The notes beneath the pieces were generated by a model. That model was not told the origin of the DNA. It did not search any database and was given only the letters and a program-made list of their open reading frames with translations. Of a DNA stretch of 32,000 nt, positions 1 to 8,039 are shown in pieces. A program made the translations under genes and the position numbers. The stretch is from Synechococcus sp. A15-28 (GTDB lineage: Bacteria > Cyanobacteriota > Cyanobacteriia > PCC-6307 > Cyanobiaceae): the NCBI RefSeq assembly GCF_014280175.1, contig NZ_CP047931.1:1290001-1322000 (forward strand), written 5' to 3'. Numbering within the stretch: position 1 is the stretch's first letter; each line of letters opens with the position of its first letter.

Positions 1-352
1 GATTCCGATGGCACTCCTCCTGATCCGGGTGTGCTGGCAGGTCCTGCGCCGCACCCTGCCCTGGCTGGTGGATCACATCGCCATCGCGCCCGAATCAATC
101 CACCGGGAAGCCATGGCGGTGGCCGGGGTGATCAACTGTCACGACATCGCCAGTCGCGGGGTTCTGGGTCAGCAGGTGTTCATCGACATGCACATGGTGG
201 TGGAAACCAACGACCTATCCACAGCCCATCGCATCACCGAACTGGTGGAGGAGCGACTCGATCGCGTCTTCGGACCGGTGCGCTGCACGATTCATCTGGA
301 ACCCAAGGATTATGTGGAGGACGGGATCACCTACACAGGCACCCATGGTTGA
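1..352 (+). CDS. Cation diffusion facilitator (CDF) family metal transporter, C-terminal part (5' end outside window)
   Basis: The frame is open to the window edge (in frame from nt 2). The sequence shows the pattern of the CDF cytoplasmic C-terminal domain: HDIASRGVLGQQVFIDMHMVV...TAHRITELVEERL...IHLEP. Stop TGA at 350-352. Confidence 0.75.
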   Translation, partial: IPMALLLIRVCWQVLRRTLPWLVDHIAIAPESIHREAMAVAGVINCHDIASRGVLGQQVFIDMHMVVETNDLSTAHRITELVEERLDRVFGPVRCTIHLEPKDYVEDGITYTGTHG

Positions 353-863
353 TCCGGACAATCCACTGGACGGGCTGACCGGTCGACAACGGCAGGCACT
401 CCAGAACCTGCTTAGCGACGTGCGCAGCTCCCTGGCCTGGTCATGGCAGCTCCCTGTCCTGATCCGACAGCGCTGCTGGCTTCGTCTGGAAATGATTCCG
501 TTGGGAGATCTGCACCGCTGGCTACCTCCCGACGGTCGCGAAGACGCACCGGAACTGGCGCGTTACCGCGAACTGGTGGCGCAGGGATGGTCACCACAGC
601 AGGCTCAGGAGCAGTGCTGGCAGGAATTTGGCGACGATGCATGCCGCACTGCACTGCAACGGTTCTGGGCCAGTCAACAGGAGCGACAACACGACTGGAC
701 CATGCAGCGCTATCTCGCGTTGATCAGTCGCTACAGGCAATCGATCGAATCAGGAATCACCACCATTCCGATGCTGGTGCTGCCCCGAGCTGGAGCAGCG
801 ACAGATCATCAGCTGCACTGGGTTTCGGACAGCACACCGCCGATGCGGCACACTTGCGCCTGA
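345..863 (+). CDS. Conserved-looking hypothetical protein (172 aa), function unknown
   Basis: ATG 345 overlaps the CDF stop as ATGgtTGA; the alternative ATG 312 would overlap by 41 nt. The protein is soluble and Trp/Gln/Arg-rich, with no motif I recognise. The coding call rests on ORF length, ordinary amino-acid composition and tight coupling to its neighbours. Confidence 0.5.
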   Translation: MVDPDNPLDGLTGRQRQALQNLLSDVRSSLAWSWQLPVLIRQRCWLRLEMIPLGDLHRWLPPDGREDAPELARYRELVAQGWSPQQAQEQCWQEFGDDACRTALQRFWASQQERQHDWTMQRYLALISRYRQSIESGITTIPMLVLPRAGAATDHQLHWVSDSTPPMRHTCA

Positions 864-879
864 TTCCAGGCCATGGGCC

Positions 880-1437
880 ATGAGTGATTCCTACGGTGAA
901 CCCCAACAGCAAGGGGCTCAAGGCGACGATGTCCGCGGCCAGGGTGGACGAGGCGGTGCCCGTGGTGGCCGTGGTGGTGGCAACCGCGAAGGCGGCGGCT
1001 TCCGCATCCGCCTCAGCGAAAACGAAATGCGTTCCGCCCGGGCACTTCAGGAGGCCTTCAACCTTCGCTCCACCGTCGCCGTCCTGGGCTTTGCCCTGCG
1101 AACCCTGGGGCAGATGCTTGAAGACGGTCAGCTGGATGAGTTGATCGAACAGCAGCGCAATCAGGCCCCCCGTGGCCGCCGCGACGGCGGTGGTCGCGAT
1201 GGTGGCGGTCGCGATGGTGGTGGACGAGGACGACGCTCGGATGATGATCGCCAGGCCGGTCGCGGTTCACGACCCGACCCCTTTGCACGTCCATCCAAGC
1301 CTCAGCCAGAGCCGGAGCCAACACCAGAGCCAGAGCCGGAATCCACCGCCGATGCTGCCCCCGCAGACCCCTCGGACGAAACTCCGATGGACCTTCCCAG
1401 CGAGGAGGAGTCCAAGGAAGCAGCCCCTGAGGCCTGA
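880..1437 (+). CDS. Low-complexity RGG/RG-rich protein with ribbon-helix-helix-like core (185 aa), function unknown
   Basis: ATG 880, stop TGA 1435-1437, 3 nt before the trpS ATG. N-terminal tract GQGGRGGARGGRGGGNREGGG. Central ordered-looking segment FRIRLSENEMRSARALQEAFNLRSTVAVLGFALRTLGQMLEDG. This is followed by RDGGG x3, RGRR, PQPEPEPTPEPEPE and an acidic tail. Confidence 0.6.
   Translation: MSDSYGEPQQQGAQGDDVRGQGGRGGARGGRGGGNREGGGFRIRLSENEMRSARALQEAFNLRSTVAVLGFALRTLGQMLEDGQLDELIEQQRNQAPRGRRDGGGRDGGGRDGGGRGRRSDDDRQAGRGSRPDPFARPSKPQPEPEPTPEPEPESTADAAPADPSDETPMDLPSEEESKEAAPEA
1180..1224 (+). repeat. 15-nt tandem repeat x3 (cgcgaYggYggYggN) encoding RDGGG-RDGGG-RDGGG inside the RGG protein gene
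   Basis: Read directly: cgcgacggcggtggt / cgcgatggtggcggt / cgcgatggtggtgga, in frame with the CDS. Confidence 0.85.
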
Positions 1438-1440
1438 TCC

Positions 1441-2454
1441 ATGGGGAGACCGAGGGTTCTCTCTGGAGTGCAGCCGACCGGTGCCCTGCACCTCGGCAAC
1501 TGGCTGGGAGCGATTCGCAACTGGGTTGATCTCCAGGAGAGCCACGACACCTTTGTCTGCGTCGTGGATCTTCACGCCATCACCGTTCCCCACGACCCGG
1601 CACAGCTTGCTGAAGACACCCTCAACACCGCGGCGCTGTATCTGGCCTGCGGCATGGATCCTGACCGCTGCTCCATCTTCATCCAAAGCCAGGTTGCTGC
1701 CCACAGCGAGCTCTGCTGGCTGCTGAATTGCGTGACTCCGCTCAACTGGCTTGAGCGGATGATCCAGTTCAAGGAAAAGGCTGTCAAACAGGGGGACAAC
1801 GTGTCTGTTGGCCTCCTGGATTACCCCGTGTTGATGGCGGCAGACATCCTTCTCTACGACGCCGATCTCGTGCCGGTCGGGGAAGATCAGAAACAACACC
1901 TGGAACTGGCGCGCGACATCGCCCAGCAGAGGATTAACGCTCGCTTTGGAAGCGAGGACCAACCGGTGTTGAAGGTGCCCAAACCCCTCATCCTCATGGA
2001 GGGCGCCCGGGTGATGAGCCTTTCGGACGGTCGCAGCAAGATGAGCAAGAGCGACCCGAACGAGGGCAGCCGCATCACCCTGCTGGACCCGCCCGAACTC
2101 ATCACAAAGAAGATCAAACGGGCGAAGACCGATCCAGAGAGAGGACTTGAATTCGGCAATCCCGATCGTCCTGAAACAGACAATCTCCTCGGCCTCTACG
2201 CCATCCTCAGCGGCAAGGGCCGCGACGCAGCAGCTCAGGAATGTGCCGAGATGGGATGGGGCCAGTTCAAACCTCTTCTGGCAGAGGCTGCCGTGGCCGC
2301 TCTGGAGCCGATTCAGACACGCCACAGAGAGCTGATGGCAGATCGCATGGAGCTCGATCGCGTGCTGGAGAAGGGACGCGATCAAGCGGAATCGGTGGCC
2401 ACCGAAACCCTGGAAAGAGTGAGAAACGCCTTAGGCTTTGCCAAGCGCAGCTGA
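1441..2454 (+). CDS. trpS: Tryptophan--tRNA ligase
   Basis: 337 aa class I aaRS. HIGH-type motif PTGALHLGNWLG, KMSKS motif KMSKSDP, and overall TrpRS-like sequence (VVDLHAIT, GEDQKQHLEL). Confidence 0.95.
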   Translation: MGRPRVLSGVQPTGALHLGNWLGAIRNWVDLQESHDTFVCVVDLHAITVPHDPAQLAEDTLNTAALYLACGMDPDRCSIFIQSQVAAHSELCWLLNCVTPLNWLERMIQFKEKAVKQGDNVSVGLLDYPVLMAADILLYDADLVPVGEDQKQHLELARDIAQQRINARFGSEDQPVLKVPKPLILMEGARVMSLSDGRSKMSKSDPNEGSRITLLDPPELITKKIKRAKTDPERGLEFGNPDRPETDNLLGLYAILSGKGRDAAAQECAEMGWGQFKPLLAEAAVAALEPIQTRHRELMADRMELDRVLEKGRDQAESVATETLERVRNALGFAKRS

Positions 2455-2480
2455 TATCACACTGCCGAAGTAATCAGCCC

Positions 2481-2497
2481 AGCTGATCAGATCAGCT
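2481..2497. repeat. Perfect 8-1-8 palindrome AGCTGATC-A-GATCAGCT, 27 nt after the trpS stop
   Basis: Read directly. It is flanked by further ATCAGC copies (2473 and 2491). There is no U-tract after it, so it is not a classical terminator. Function unknown. Confidence 0.6.
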
Positions 2498-2686
2498 CCA
2501 ACAAGCAACCATTCCCTCAAGCCCGGGATCCCCCCAAACAGCACCGGCGGCAGCGCGTCTCACGTGTCACAAGCCCTCGCACTGACGGCTTAGACACACT
2601 TTCATGAGATCGTCAAGGCCTCTAGGGTCCCTCTCGTATCCGACCCTGTCCTTCCATCAGTTTGGTCGCTCCTTCTTTTGACCTGA

Positions 2687-3346
2687 GTGCCTCAGCAGTT
2701 CCTTCACAGCACAGAGCGGTCAGCGTTGTTGTCTCTGTCCGCCCCTCTGTTTTGTGGGGTTCTTCTCTGTGCCGGGGCATCACCGGTTGCCACAGCCACC
2801 AATCTTGGCAACCGAAAGATTCCTGAATTGAAACGGGCACTCCTTGCGCATGATCAAGAGCAAGGCCCTTACCGGATGACTCCCGAACGTCGCGCTCTGC
2901 TCAACACCATCCGCTACGCCGAGGGCACCTGGACCAACGGTGAAGACAAGGGCTATCGCACCCTTTACGGCGGGGGCCGCTTTCAGGACCTGTCCCATCA
3001 TCCGGAGAAGGTCGTGGTGAAGCGTTACTCCAGCGCTGCAGCTGGTGCGTATCAATTTCTACCCACAACCTGGAAAGGACTGGCCAAGGAACTGCGCCTC
3101 AACAGTTTCGAACCGAAGCATCAGGACCAGGCAGCACTGCATCTGGTCAAGCGACGCGGAGCACTGCAGGAAATCGACAGCCGCGGCCTGACGACGGCAG
3201 CCATGGCGCAACTGGCACCGGAGTGGGCTTCCTTCCCCACCCGCTCGGGTCGTTCGGCCTACGGCCAGCCCGTCAAAAGCCACCATGAACTGGCGAGCTT
3301 CTACGCCAGGAATCTGAGGCAACTCAGAGCCCAACGCGAAACCTGA
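2687..3346 (+). CDS. Phage-lambda-R-type lytic transglycosylase (glycoside hydrolase family 104), secreted
   Basis: RALLNTIRYAEGT aligns with lambda R KAFLDMLAWSEGT, so the catalytic Glu is retained. Also matching lambda R: GYRTLYGGGRF..HP, AAGAYQFL, FEPKHQDQAALHLVKRRGAL and WASFP. Hydrophobic N-terminus LLSLSAPLFCGVLLCAGASPVATA looks like a signal peptide. The start is GTG 2687, the first possible start; TTG 2726/2729 are alternatives. Confidence 0.8.
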   Translation: MPQQFLHSTERSALLSLSAPLFCGVLLCAGASPVATATNLGNRKIPELKRALLAHDQEQGPYRMTPERRALLNTIRYAEGTWTNGEDKGYRTLYGGGRFQDLSHHPEKVVVKRYSSAAAGAYQFLPTTWKGLAKELRLNSFEPKHQDQAALHLVKRRGALQEIDSRGLTTAAMAQLAPEWASFPTRSGRSAYGQPVKSHHELASFYARNLRQLRAQRET

Positions 3347-3673
3347 TCAGCTGCTGGCACGCCCGATCCTGGCGGCCAAGCCCCACACCTCCGTGACCAG
3401 GCCGTGCAATGGCGTCATTGCTTCCATGGAGACGGTCATCGGCTGTGACGAGGCCTTCATCAGGGCACGCGTCGCCGCAACGGCGCGTTGCCCTTCCAGA
3501 AGACGCTCTCGAAAGGCACACTGATTGTCGTGACTGAGAACAGAGGCAGGACAGTCCTGCAGCAGCTGCTCGCCACGCTGGAACCAGTGGTCAAAGTCAT
3601 CCAGCAACGAGATCAGCAGCGACTCCATCAGAGCGCCGGCGTCTTGTTTGAGAGGAGCATCACCGGCTGTCAT
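3347..3673 (-). CDS. Small conserved cyanobacterial-type hypothetical protein (108 aa; possibly DUF2605-like, from memory and unverified)
   Basis: The track ORF 3347-3871 overlaps thrS. An internal ATG at 3671-3673 (or 3626-3628) gives a product of plausible size: ...MESLLISLLDDFDHWFQRGEQLL.... Its stop (TCA 3347-3349) abuts the convergent GH104 stop. Confidence 0.5.
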   Translation of the reverse strand: MTAGDAPLKQDAGALMESLLISLLDDFDHWFQRGEQLLQDCPASVLSHDNQCAFRERLLEGQRAVAATRALMKASSQPMTVSMEAMTPLHGLVTEVWGLAARIGRASS

Positions 3674-3701
3674 GACGTTCGACTGAACAACGGCCCATAA
3701 G

Positions 3702-5528
3702 ATGACGGACCCTGACCGGAAACTGGTGAGCAGCGCGGCCGTCATGTCCTCAGCACCCGTCGTTCTGCCCAAAACCAGCGAAAATGAGCAGCTGCTGAAG
3801 ATCCGCCACTCCATGAGCCATGTGATGGCCATGGCGGTGCAGCAGTTGTTTCCCAAGGCACGCGTCACCATCGGCCCCTGGACCGAAAACGGTTTCTATT
3901 ACGACTTCGACAATCCCGATCCCTTCACGGAAGCCGATCTGAAGGCGATCAAAAAGTCGATGATCAAGATCATCAACAGGAAGCTCCCGCTGGAACGGGT
4001 GGAGGTGAGCCGCAGCGAAGCCGAGGCAAAGATCAAGACCCAGAACGAGCCCTACAAGCTCGAGATTCTCGAAGGACTGCAAGAGCCAATCACCCTTTAC
4101 ACCCTGGGTGAGGAGTGGTGGGACCTCTGCGCCGGCCCCCACGTGGAGCACACCGGTCAACTCAACGCCAAGGCATTCGAGCTGGAAAGCGTGGCAGGTG
4201 CCTACTGGCGCGGCGATGAAACCAAAGCCCAACTGCAGCGGATCTACGGCACCGCCTGGGAAACCCCCGAACAGCTGGCCGAGCACAAACGCCGCAAAGA
4301 AGAGGCGTTGCGCCGGGATCACCGCCGCATCGGCAAGGATCTCGACCTCTTTTCGATCGAGGACGAAGCCGGTGCCGGGCTGGTGTTCTGGCACCCCCGC
4401 GGCTCACGCATGCGTCTGCTGATCGAGGACTTCTGGCGCCAGGCCCACTTCGAAGGCGGTTACGAGCTGCTCTACACCCCCCACGTGGCGGACATCAGCC
4501 TCTGGAAAACCTCAGGCCACCTCGACTTCTACGCCGAAAGCATGTTCGGCCCGATGGAGGTGGACGAGCGGGAATACCAGCTCAAGCCAATGAACTGCCC
4601 GTTCCACGTGCTCACCTACGCCAGCAAACTGCGCAGCTATCGAGAGCTGCCGATCCGCTGGGCGGAGCTGGGAACGGTGTATCGCTACGAGCGCCCCGGC
4701 GTGATGCATGGCTTGATGCGGGTGCGCGGCTTCACCCAGGACGACGCCCACGTGTTCTGTCTTCCTGAACAGATCAGTGATGAGATCCTGCGCATCCTTG
4801 ATCTCACCGAGCGCATCCTCTCCACCTTCGATTTCAACAACTACGAAATCAACCTCTCCACCCGACCGGAGAAATCAATCGGGGATGACGCCGTGTGGGA
4901 CCTGGCCACCAAGGGCCTGATCGAAGCGCTGGAGCGCAAGGGCTGGGCTTACAAGATTGACGAGGGCGGCGGCGCTTTCTACGGCCCCAAGATCGATCTC
5001 AAGATCGAAGACGCCATCGGCCGGATGTGGCAGTGCTCCACCATACAGCTGGATTTCAACCTGCCGGAACGGTTCGAGCTCGACTTCATCGCCGCTGATG
5101 GCAGCAAGCAGCGGCCGATCATGATCCACCGCGCCATCTTCGGCTCGCTGGAACGGTTCTTCGGGATCATGACCGAGAACTACGCCGGCGATTACCCCTT
5201 CTGGCTGGCTCCTGAACAGGTGCGCCTGTTGCCGGTCACCGACGAGGTGCAGCCCTACGCGGAGCAGTTGCTGGACCAGCTCACCCAAGCAGGCGTTCGC
5301 GCCACCATCGACCGCAGCGGCGACCGTCTCGGCAAGTTGATCCGCACCGGCGAACAGATGAAGATTCCTGTGCTGGCCGTCATCGGTGCCAAAGAGGCCG
5401 AACAGAACGCCGTCAGCCTGCGCAGCCGCCGCGACGGTGATCTGGGGGTCACGGCTGTGGCAGATCTGCTCAATGCAGCCCAGACGGCCAATAGCCAGCG
5501 CGCCGCGGGCCTGGAGCTGAACCAATGA
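3702..5528 (+). CDS. thrS: Threonine--tRNA ligase (no N-terminal TGS domain)
   Basis: 608 aa class II aaRS. Editing-domain HxxxH (IRHSMSHVMAMAV) lies about 35 aa from the N-terminus. Also present: NCPFH, YRYERPG, FTQDDAHVF, GSLERFFGIMTE and an anticodon-binding C-terminus. ATG 3744 (MSSAPVVLPK) is an alternative start. Confidence 0.95.
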   Translation: MTDPDRKLVSSAAVMSSAPVVLPKTSENEQLLKIRHSMSHVMAMAVQQLFPKARVTIGPWTENGFYYDFDNPDPFTEADLKAIKKSMIKIINRKLPLERVEVSRSEAEAKIKTQNEPYKLEILEGLQEPITLYTLGEEWWDLCAGPHVEHTGQLNAKAFELESVAGAYWRGDETKAQLQRIYGTAWETPEQLAEHKRRKEEALRRDHRRIGKDLDLFSIEDEAGAGLVFWHPRGSRMRLLIEDFWRQAHFEGGYELLYTPHVADISLWKTSGHLDFYAESMFGPMEVDEREYQLKPMNCPFHVLTYASKLRSYRELPIRWAELGTVYRYERPGVMHGLMRVRGFTQDDAHVFCLPEQISDEILRILDLTERILSTFDFNNYEINLSTRPEKSIGDDAVWDLATKGLIEALERKGWAYKIDEGGGAFYGPKIDLKIEDAIGRMWQCSTIQLDFNLPERFELDFIAADGSKQRPIMIHRAIFGSLERFFGIMTENYAGDYPFWLAPEQVRLLPVTDEVQPYAEQLLDQLTQAGVRATIDRSGDRLGKLIRTGEQMKIPVLAVIGAKEAEQNAVSLRSRRDGDLGVTAVADLLNAAQTANSQRAAGLELNQ

Positions 5529-5917
5529 CGGAATCCTCCATCACGTCCCTCGGCGATCTCGCCCGTTTACGCGGTGCGCCGGAGCTCACCGCCGAAACGG
5601 CCGACCGGCTCCGGGCCGAGCTTCACCAGGCCATGGCCAGCGCCAGTTGGTTCACCGCCGGCGTCATGGCTCCATCTGCTGCCCAAGCGCTTTCAGCCCT
5701 GCGGGCGCTGGAACGAAGCCAGGGATGGGATGCCATGAAACTGATGAGCAGCTGCGATGAAGACGGCCCTGTCTTCCTCAAAGCAAACCAACAAGGTGGA
5801 TCGATCCGCATCCGCATCGAGCACGGCCTCGGTGAAGGGATTCTCATCAGCGGTCACGGCGATGACGAGAACACTCCCAGCACCACCTGGGGACCGCTGC
5901 CGTTGGATTTTTTCTGA
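5525..5917 (+). CDS. Small hypothetical protein (130 aa; possibly DUF1824-like, from memory and unverified)
   Basis: The ATG overlaps the thrS stop as ATGA (5525-5528). Composition is ordinary, with no TM segment or signal peptide. No catalytic motif recognised. Confidence 0.55.
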   Translation: MTESSITSLGDLARLRGAPELTAETADRLRAELHQAMASASWFTAGVMAPSAAQALSALRALERSQGWDAMKLMSSCDEDGPVFLKANQQGGSIRIRIEHGLGEGILISGHGDDENTPSTTWGPLPLDFF

Positions 5918-5985
5918 ACAGCCATCGGTCGTTGCCCTTCATCGGGATTGTTCGCAGCCTGAGTGGTAGCTCCATCCCTTGATCA

Positions 5986-7020
5986 ATGCCCCGTCCGACT
6001 CTTCTCGCCGGCGACATGGGGGGGACGAAGACCCTTCTGGCTCTCTATGACCTGGAGGACAACAGGCTGACCAAGCGCCACCAGCAACGGTTTGTCTCGG
6101 CGGATTGGCCGTCGCTGGAGCCCATGCTTCATGCGTTCGTGGAGGAACGTCCCAAGGACGTTCATGCGCCAACCCATGGCTGCATCGCGGTGGCAGGACC
6201 GGTTCGCAACCGGCAGGCACGGATCACCAACCTTCCCTGGCAGCTGCAAGAAGAGGATCTGGCTGCTGCTGCAGAAATGCAGCAACTGGAGCTCGTGAAT
6301 GATTTCGGCGTACTGATCTACGGCTTGCCTCACTTCGAGGACTATCAGCAGGTGGTGTTGCAGGACGGTCACCAGGATCAAGGTCCTCTGGCCATCCTTG
6401 GCGCCGGGACCGGCCTTGGCATGGCTCGGGGTGTCCAAACCAGCAGTGGGCTCATGGCTCTGTCGAGCGAGGGGGGCCATCGCGAATTCGCACCACGCAG
6501 CGACGAGGAGTGGCAACTGGCCTGCTGGCTGAAGGAAGACCTGGGAGTCGACCGCCTGTCGATCGAGCGGGTGGTGAGCGGCACAGGGCTTGGCCATATC
6601 GCCCACTGGATGTTGCAGCAACCAGGGGGCCAATCCCATCCCCTCCGATCTGTAGCTGAGGCCTGGCGGCGGAATATGGCAAGTGACCTGCCGGCGCATG
6701 TGTCCGTGGCGGCTGAAGAGGGAGACCCTCTGATGCGCCGCGCCCTTGACCTCTGGCTATCGGCCTACGGCTCGGCAACGGGCGATCTCGCCCTGCAGGA
6801 ACTCTGCAGCGGTGGACTTTGGGTGGGAGGCGGCACAGCCTCCAAACAACTCAAGGGACTGCAATCCCCTCTGTTCCTTGAGGCGATGCGAGACAAAGGT
6901 CGGTTTGAAGAGTTCATCAGCGGTCTGAAGGTCACCGCTGTGATCGATCCGGAGGCCGGTCTGTTTAGCTCTGCCTGTCGAGCACGGATGTTGGCGGAGT
7001 CGGGTGGGACACTGGCCTGA
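5986..7020 (+). CDS. glk: Glucokinase (Glk family)
   Basis: 344 aa. N-terminal phosphate-1 motif LLAGDMGGTKT, LGAGTGLG, GGHREFAP, and a Glk-like C-terminus (GGLWVGGG). Confidence 0.9.
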   Translation: MPRPTLLAGDMGGTKTLLALYDLEDNRLTKRHQQRFVSADWPSLEPMLHAFVEERPKDVHAPTHGCIAVAGPVRNRQARITNLPWQLQEEDLAAAAEMQQLELVNDFGVLIYGLPHFEDYQQVVLQDGHQDQGPLAILGAGTGLGMARGVQTSSGLMALSSEGGHREFAPRSDEEWQLACWLKEDLGVDRLSIERVVSGTGLGHIAHWMLQQPGGQSHPLRSVAEAWRRNMASDLPAHVSVAAEEGDPLMRRALDLWLSAYGSATGDLALQELCSGGLWVGGGTASKQLKGLQSPLFLEAMRDKGRFEEFISGLKVTAVIDPEAGLFSSACRARMLAESGGTLA

Positions 7021-7034
7021 GCAGACGATCAGGG

Positions 7035-7982
7035 ATGGCGCAGCCGCGCATCGGTCAGAAAGTGGTGGTGGATGTGCCAGCGACCACCGCCAACCTCGGA
7101 CCGGGCTTCGACTGCCTGGGTGCCGCCCTGGATCTCAACAACCGCTTTGCGATGCGGCGGATCGAAGGAAGCGGCGAGAGATTCGAATTGATCATCGAAG
7201 GCACGGAGGGCAGTCACCTGCGCGGCGGGCCTGACAACCTCGTCTATCGGGCTGCTCAACGGGTCTGGAAGGCCGCGAACATGGAGCCCGTCGCCTTGGA
7301 AGCACGGGTCCGTCTGGCGGTGCCGCCAGCGAGGGGGCTCGGCAGCAGCGCCACCGCCATCGTGGCCGGACTGATGGGAGCCAATGCCCTCGTGGGTGAA
7401 CCCCTCAGCAAGGAGAAACTGCTGGAGCTGGCCATCGACATCGAGGGCCACCCAGACAACGTTGTGCCCTCGCTGCTGGGAGGGCTGTGCATGACGGCCA
7501 AGGCGGCCTCTCAGCGATGGAGGGTGGTGCGCTGCGAATGGATCAACAGCGTCAAGGCCGTGGTGGCCATTCCATCGATTCGCCTCAGCACCAGTGAAGC
7601 CCGTCGGGCGATGCCGAAGGCCATCCCAGTCAGCGATGCCGTAGTCAATCTGGGGGCACTCACCCTGTTGCTGCAGGGACTTCGAACCGGCAACGGTGAT
7701 CTGATCGCCGATGGCATGCACGACCGCCTGCATGAGCCGTACCGCTGGCGCCTGATCAAGGGCGGAGACGTGGTCAAAGCCGCAGCAATGGAGGCAGGGG
7801 CCTGGGGATGCGCCATCAGCGGAGCGGGGCCGAGCATCATTGCCCTGTGCACAGAAGACAAAGGCCTGGCCGTGAGTCGGGCCATGGTCAAGGCCTGGGA
7901 AAGTGCCGGTGTGGCCAGCCGGGCTCCCGTGCTGAATTTGCAGACTTCAGGAAGTCACTGGCAGCCCGCCGAACCTGGGTAG
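7035..7982 (+). CDS. thrB: Homoserine kinase
   Basis: 315 aa GHMP kinase. Motifs VPATTANLGPGFDCLG and PPARGLGSSATAIVAG, with GAGPS near the C-terminus. Confidence 0.93.
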   Translation: MAQPRIGQKVVVDVPATTANLGPGFDCLGAALDLNNRFAMRRIEGSGERFELIIEGTEGSHLRGGPDNLVYRAAQRVWKAANMEPVALEARVRLAVPPARGLGSSATAIVAGLMGANALVGEPLSKEKLLELAIDIEGHPDNVVPSLLGGLCMTAKAASQRWRVVRCEWINSVKAVVAIPSIRLSTSEARRAMPKAIPVSDAVVNLGALTLLLQGLRTGNGDLIADGMHDRLHEPYRWRLIKGGDVVKAAAMEAGAWGCAISGAGPSIIALCTEDKGLAVSRAMVKAWESAGVASRAPVLNLQTSGSHWQPAEPG

Positions 7983-7995
7983 TTGTACCCAGCTC

Positions 7996-8021
7996 ACAGG
8001 GTCAGCCCTGTTAGCTTTGTT
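7996..8021 (+). terminator. Weak hairpin plus T-rich tail after thrB
   Basis: ACAGGG-tcag-CCCTGT (6-bp stem, 4-nt loop, 7996-8011) followed by tagctttgtt. The stem is short and the U-tract is interrupted. Confidence 0.3.
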
Positions 8022-8039
8022 AAAGATTGCGGACGCTGA

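Noticed and set aside
880-1437. The 172-aa hypothetical plus the RHH-like protein as a toxin-antitoxin pair
   Set aside because: The RHH-like protein is 185 aa with long low-complexity tails, which is not antitoxin-like. The upstream product has no toxin-family motif (PIN, RelE, MazF, Doc, HipA, etc.) that I can see. The pair is embedded between a transporter gene and trpS in operon-like fashion.
1267-2385. 372-aa minus-strand ORF
   Set aside because: It is antisense to trpS, which has HIGH and KMSKS motifs. This is a GC-driven open frame.
2604-2681. 25-codon ATG ORF (MRSSRPLGSLSYPTLSFHQFGRSFF) in the trpS-GH104 spacer
   Set aside because: It has no ribosome-binding site and no resemblance to known small photosystem or high-light-inducible peptides. 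Its Ser/Pro/Leu-rich composition is typical of random sequence.
2687-3346. Lambda-type lysozyme gene as evidence of a prophage or mobile island
   Set aside because: There are no integrase, holin, structural or repeat-flank signatures. It is bracketed by trpS and thrS, and I see no compositional break by eye. A host-domesticated enzyme is more likely, though phylogeny is needed to confirm this.
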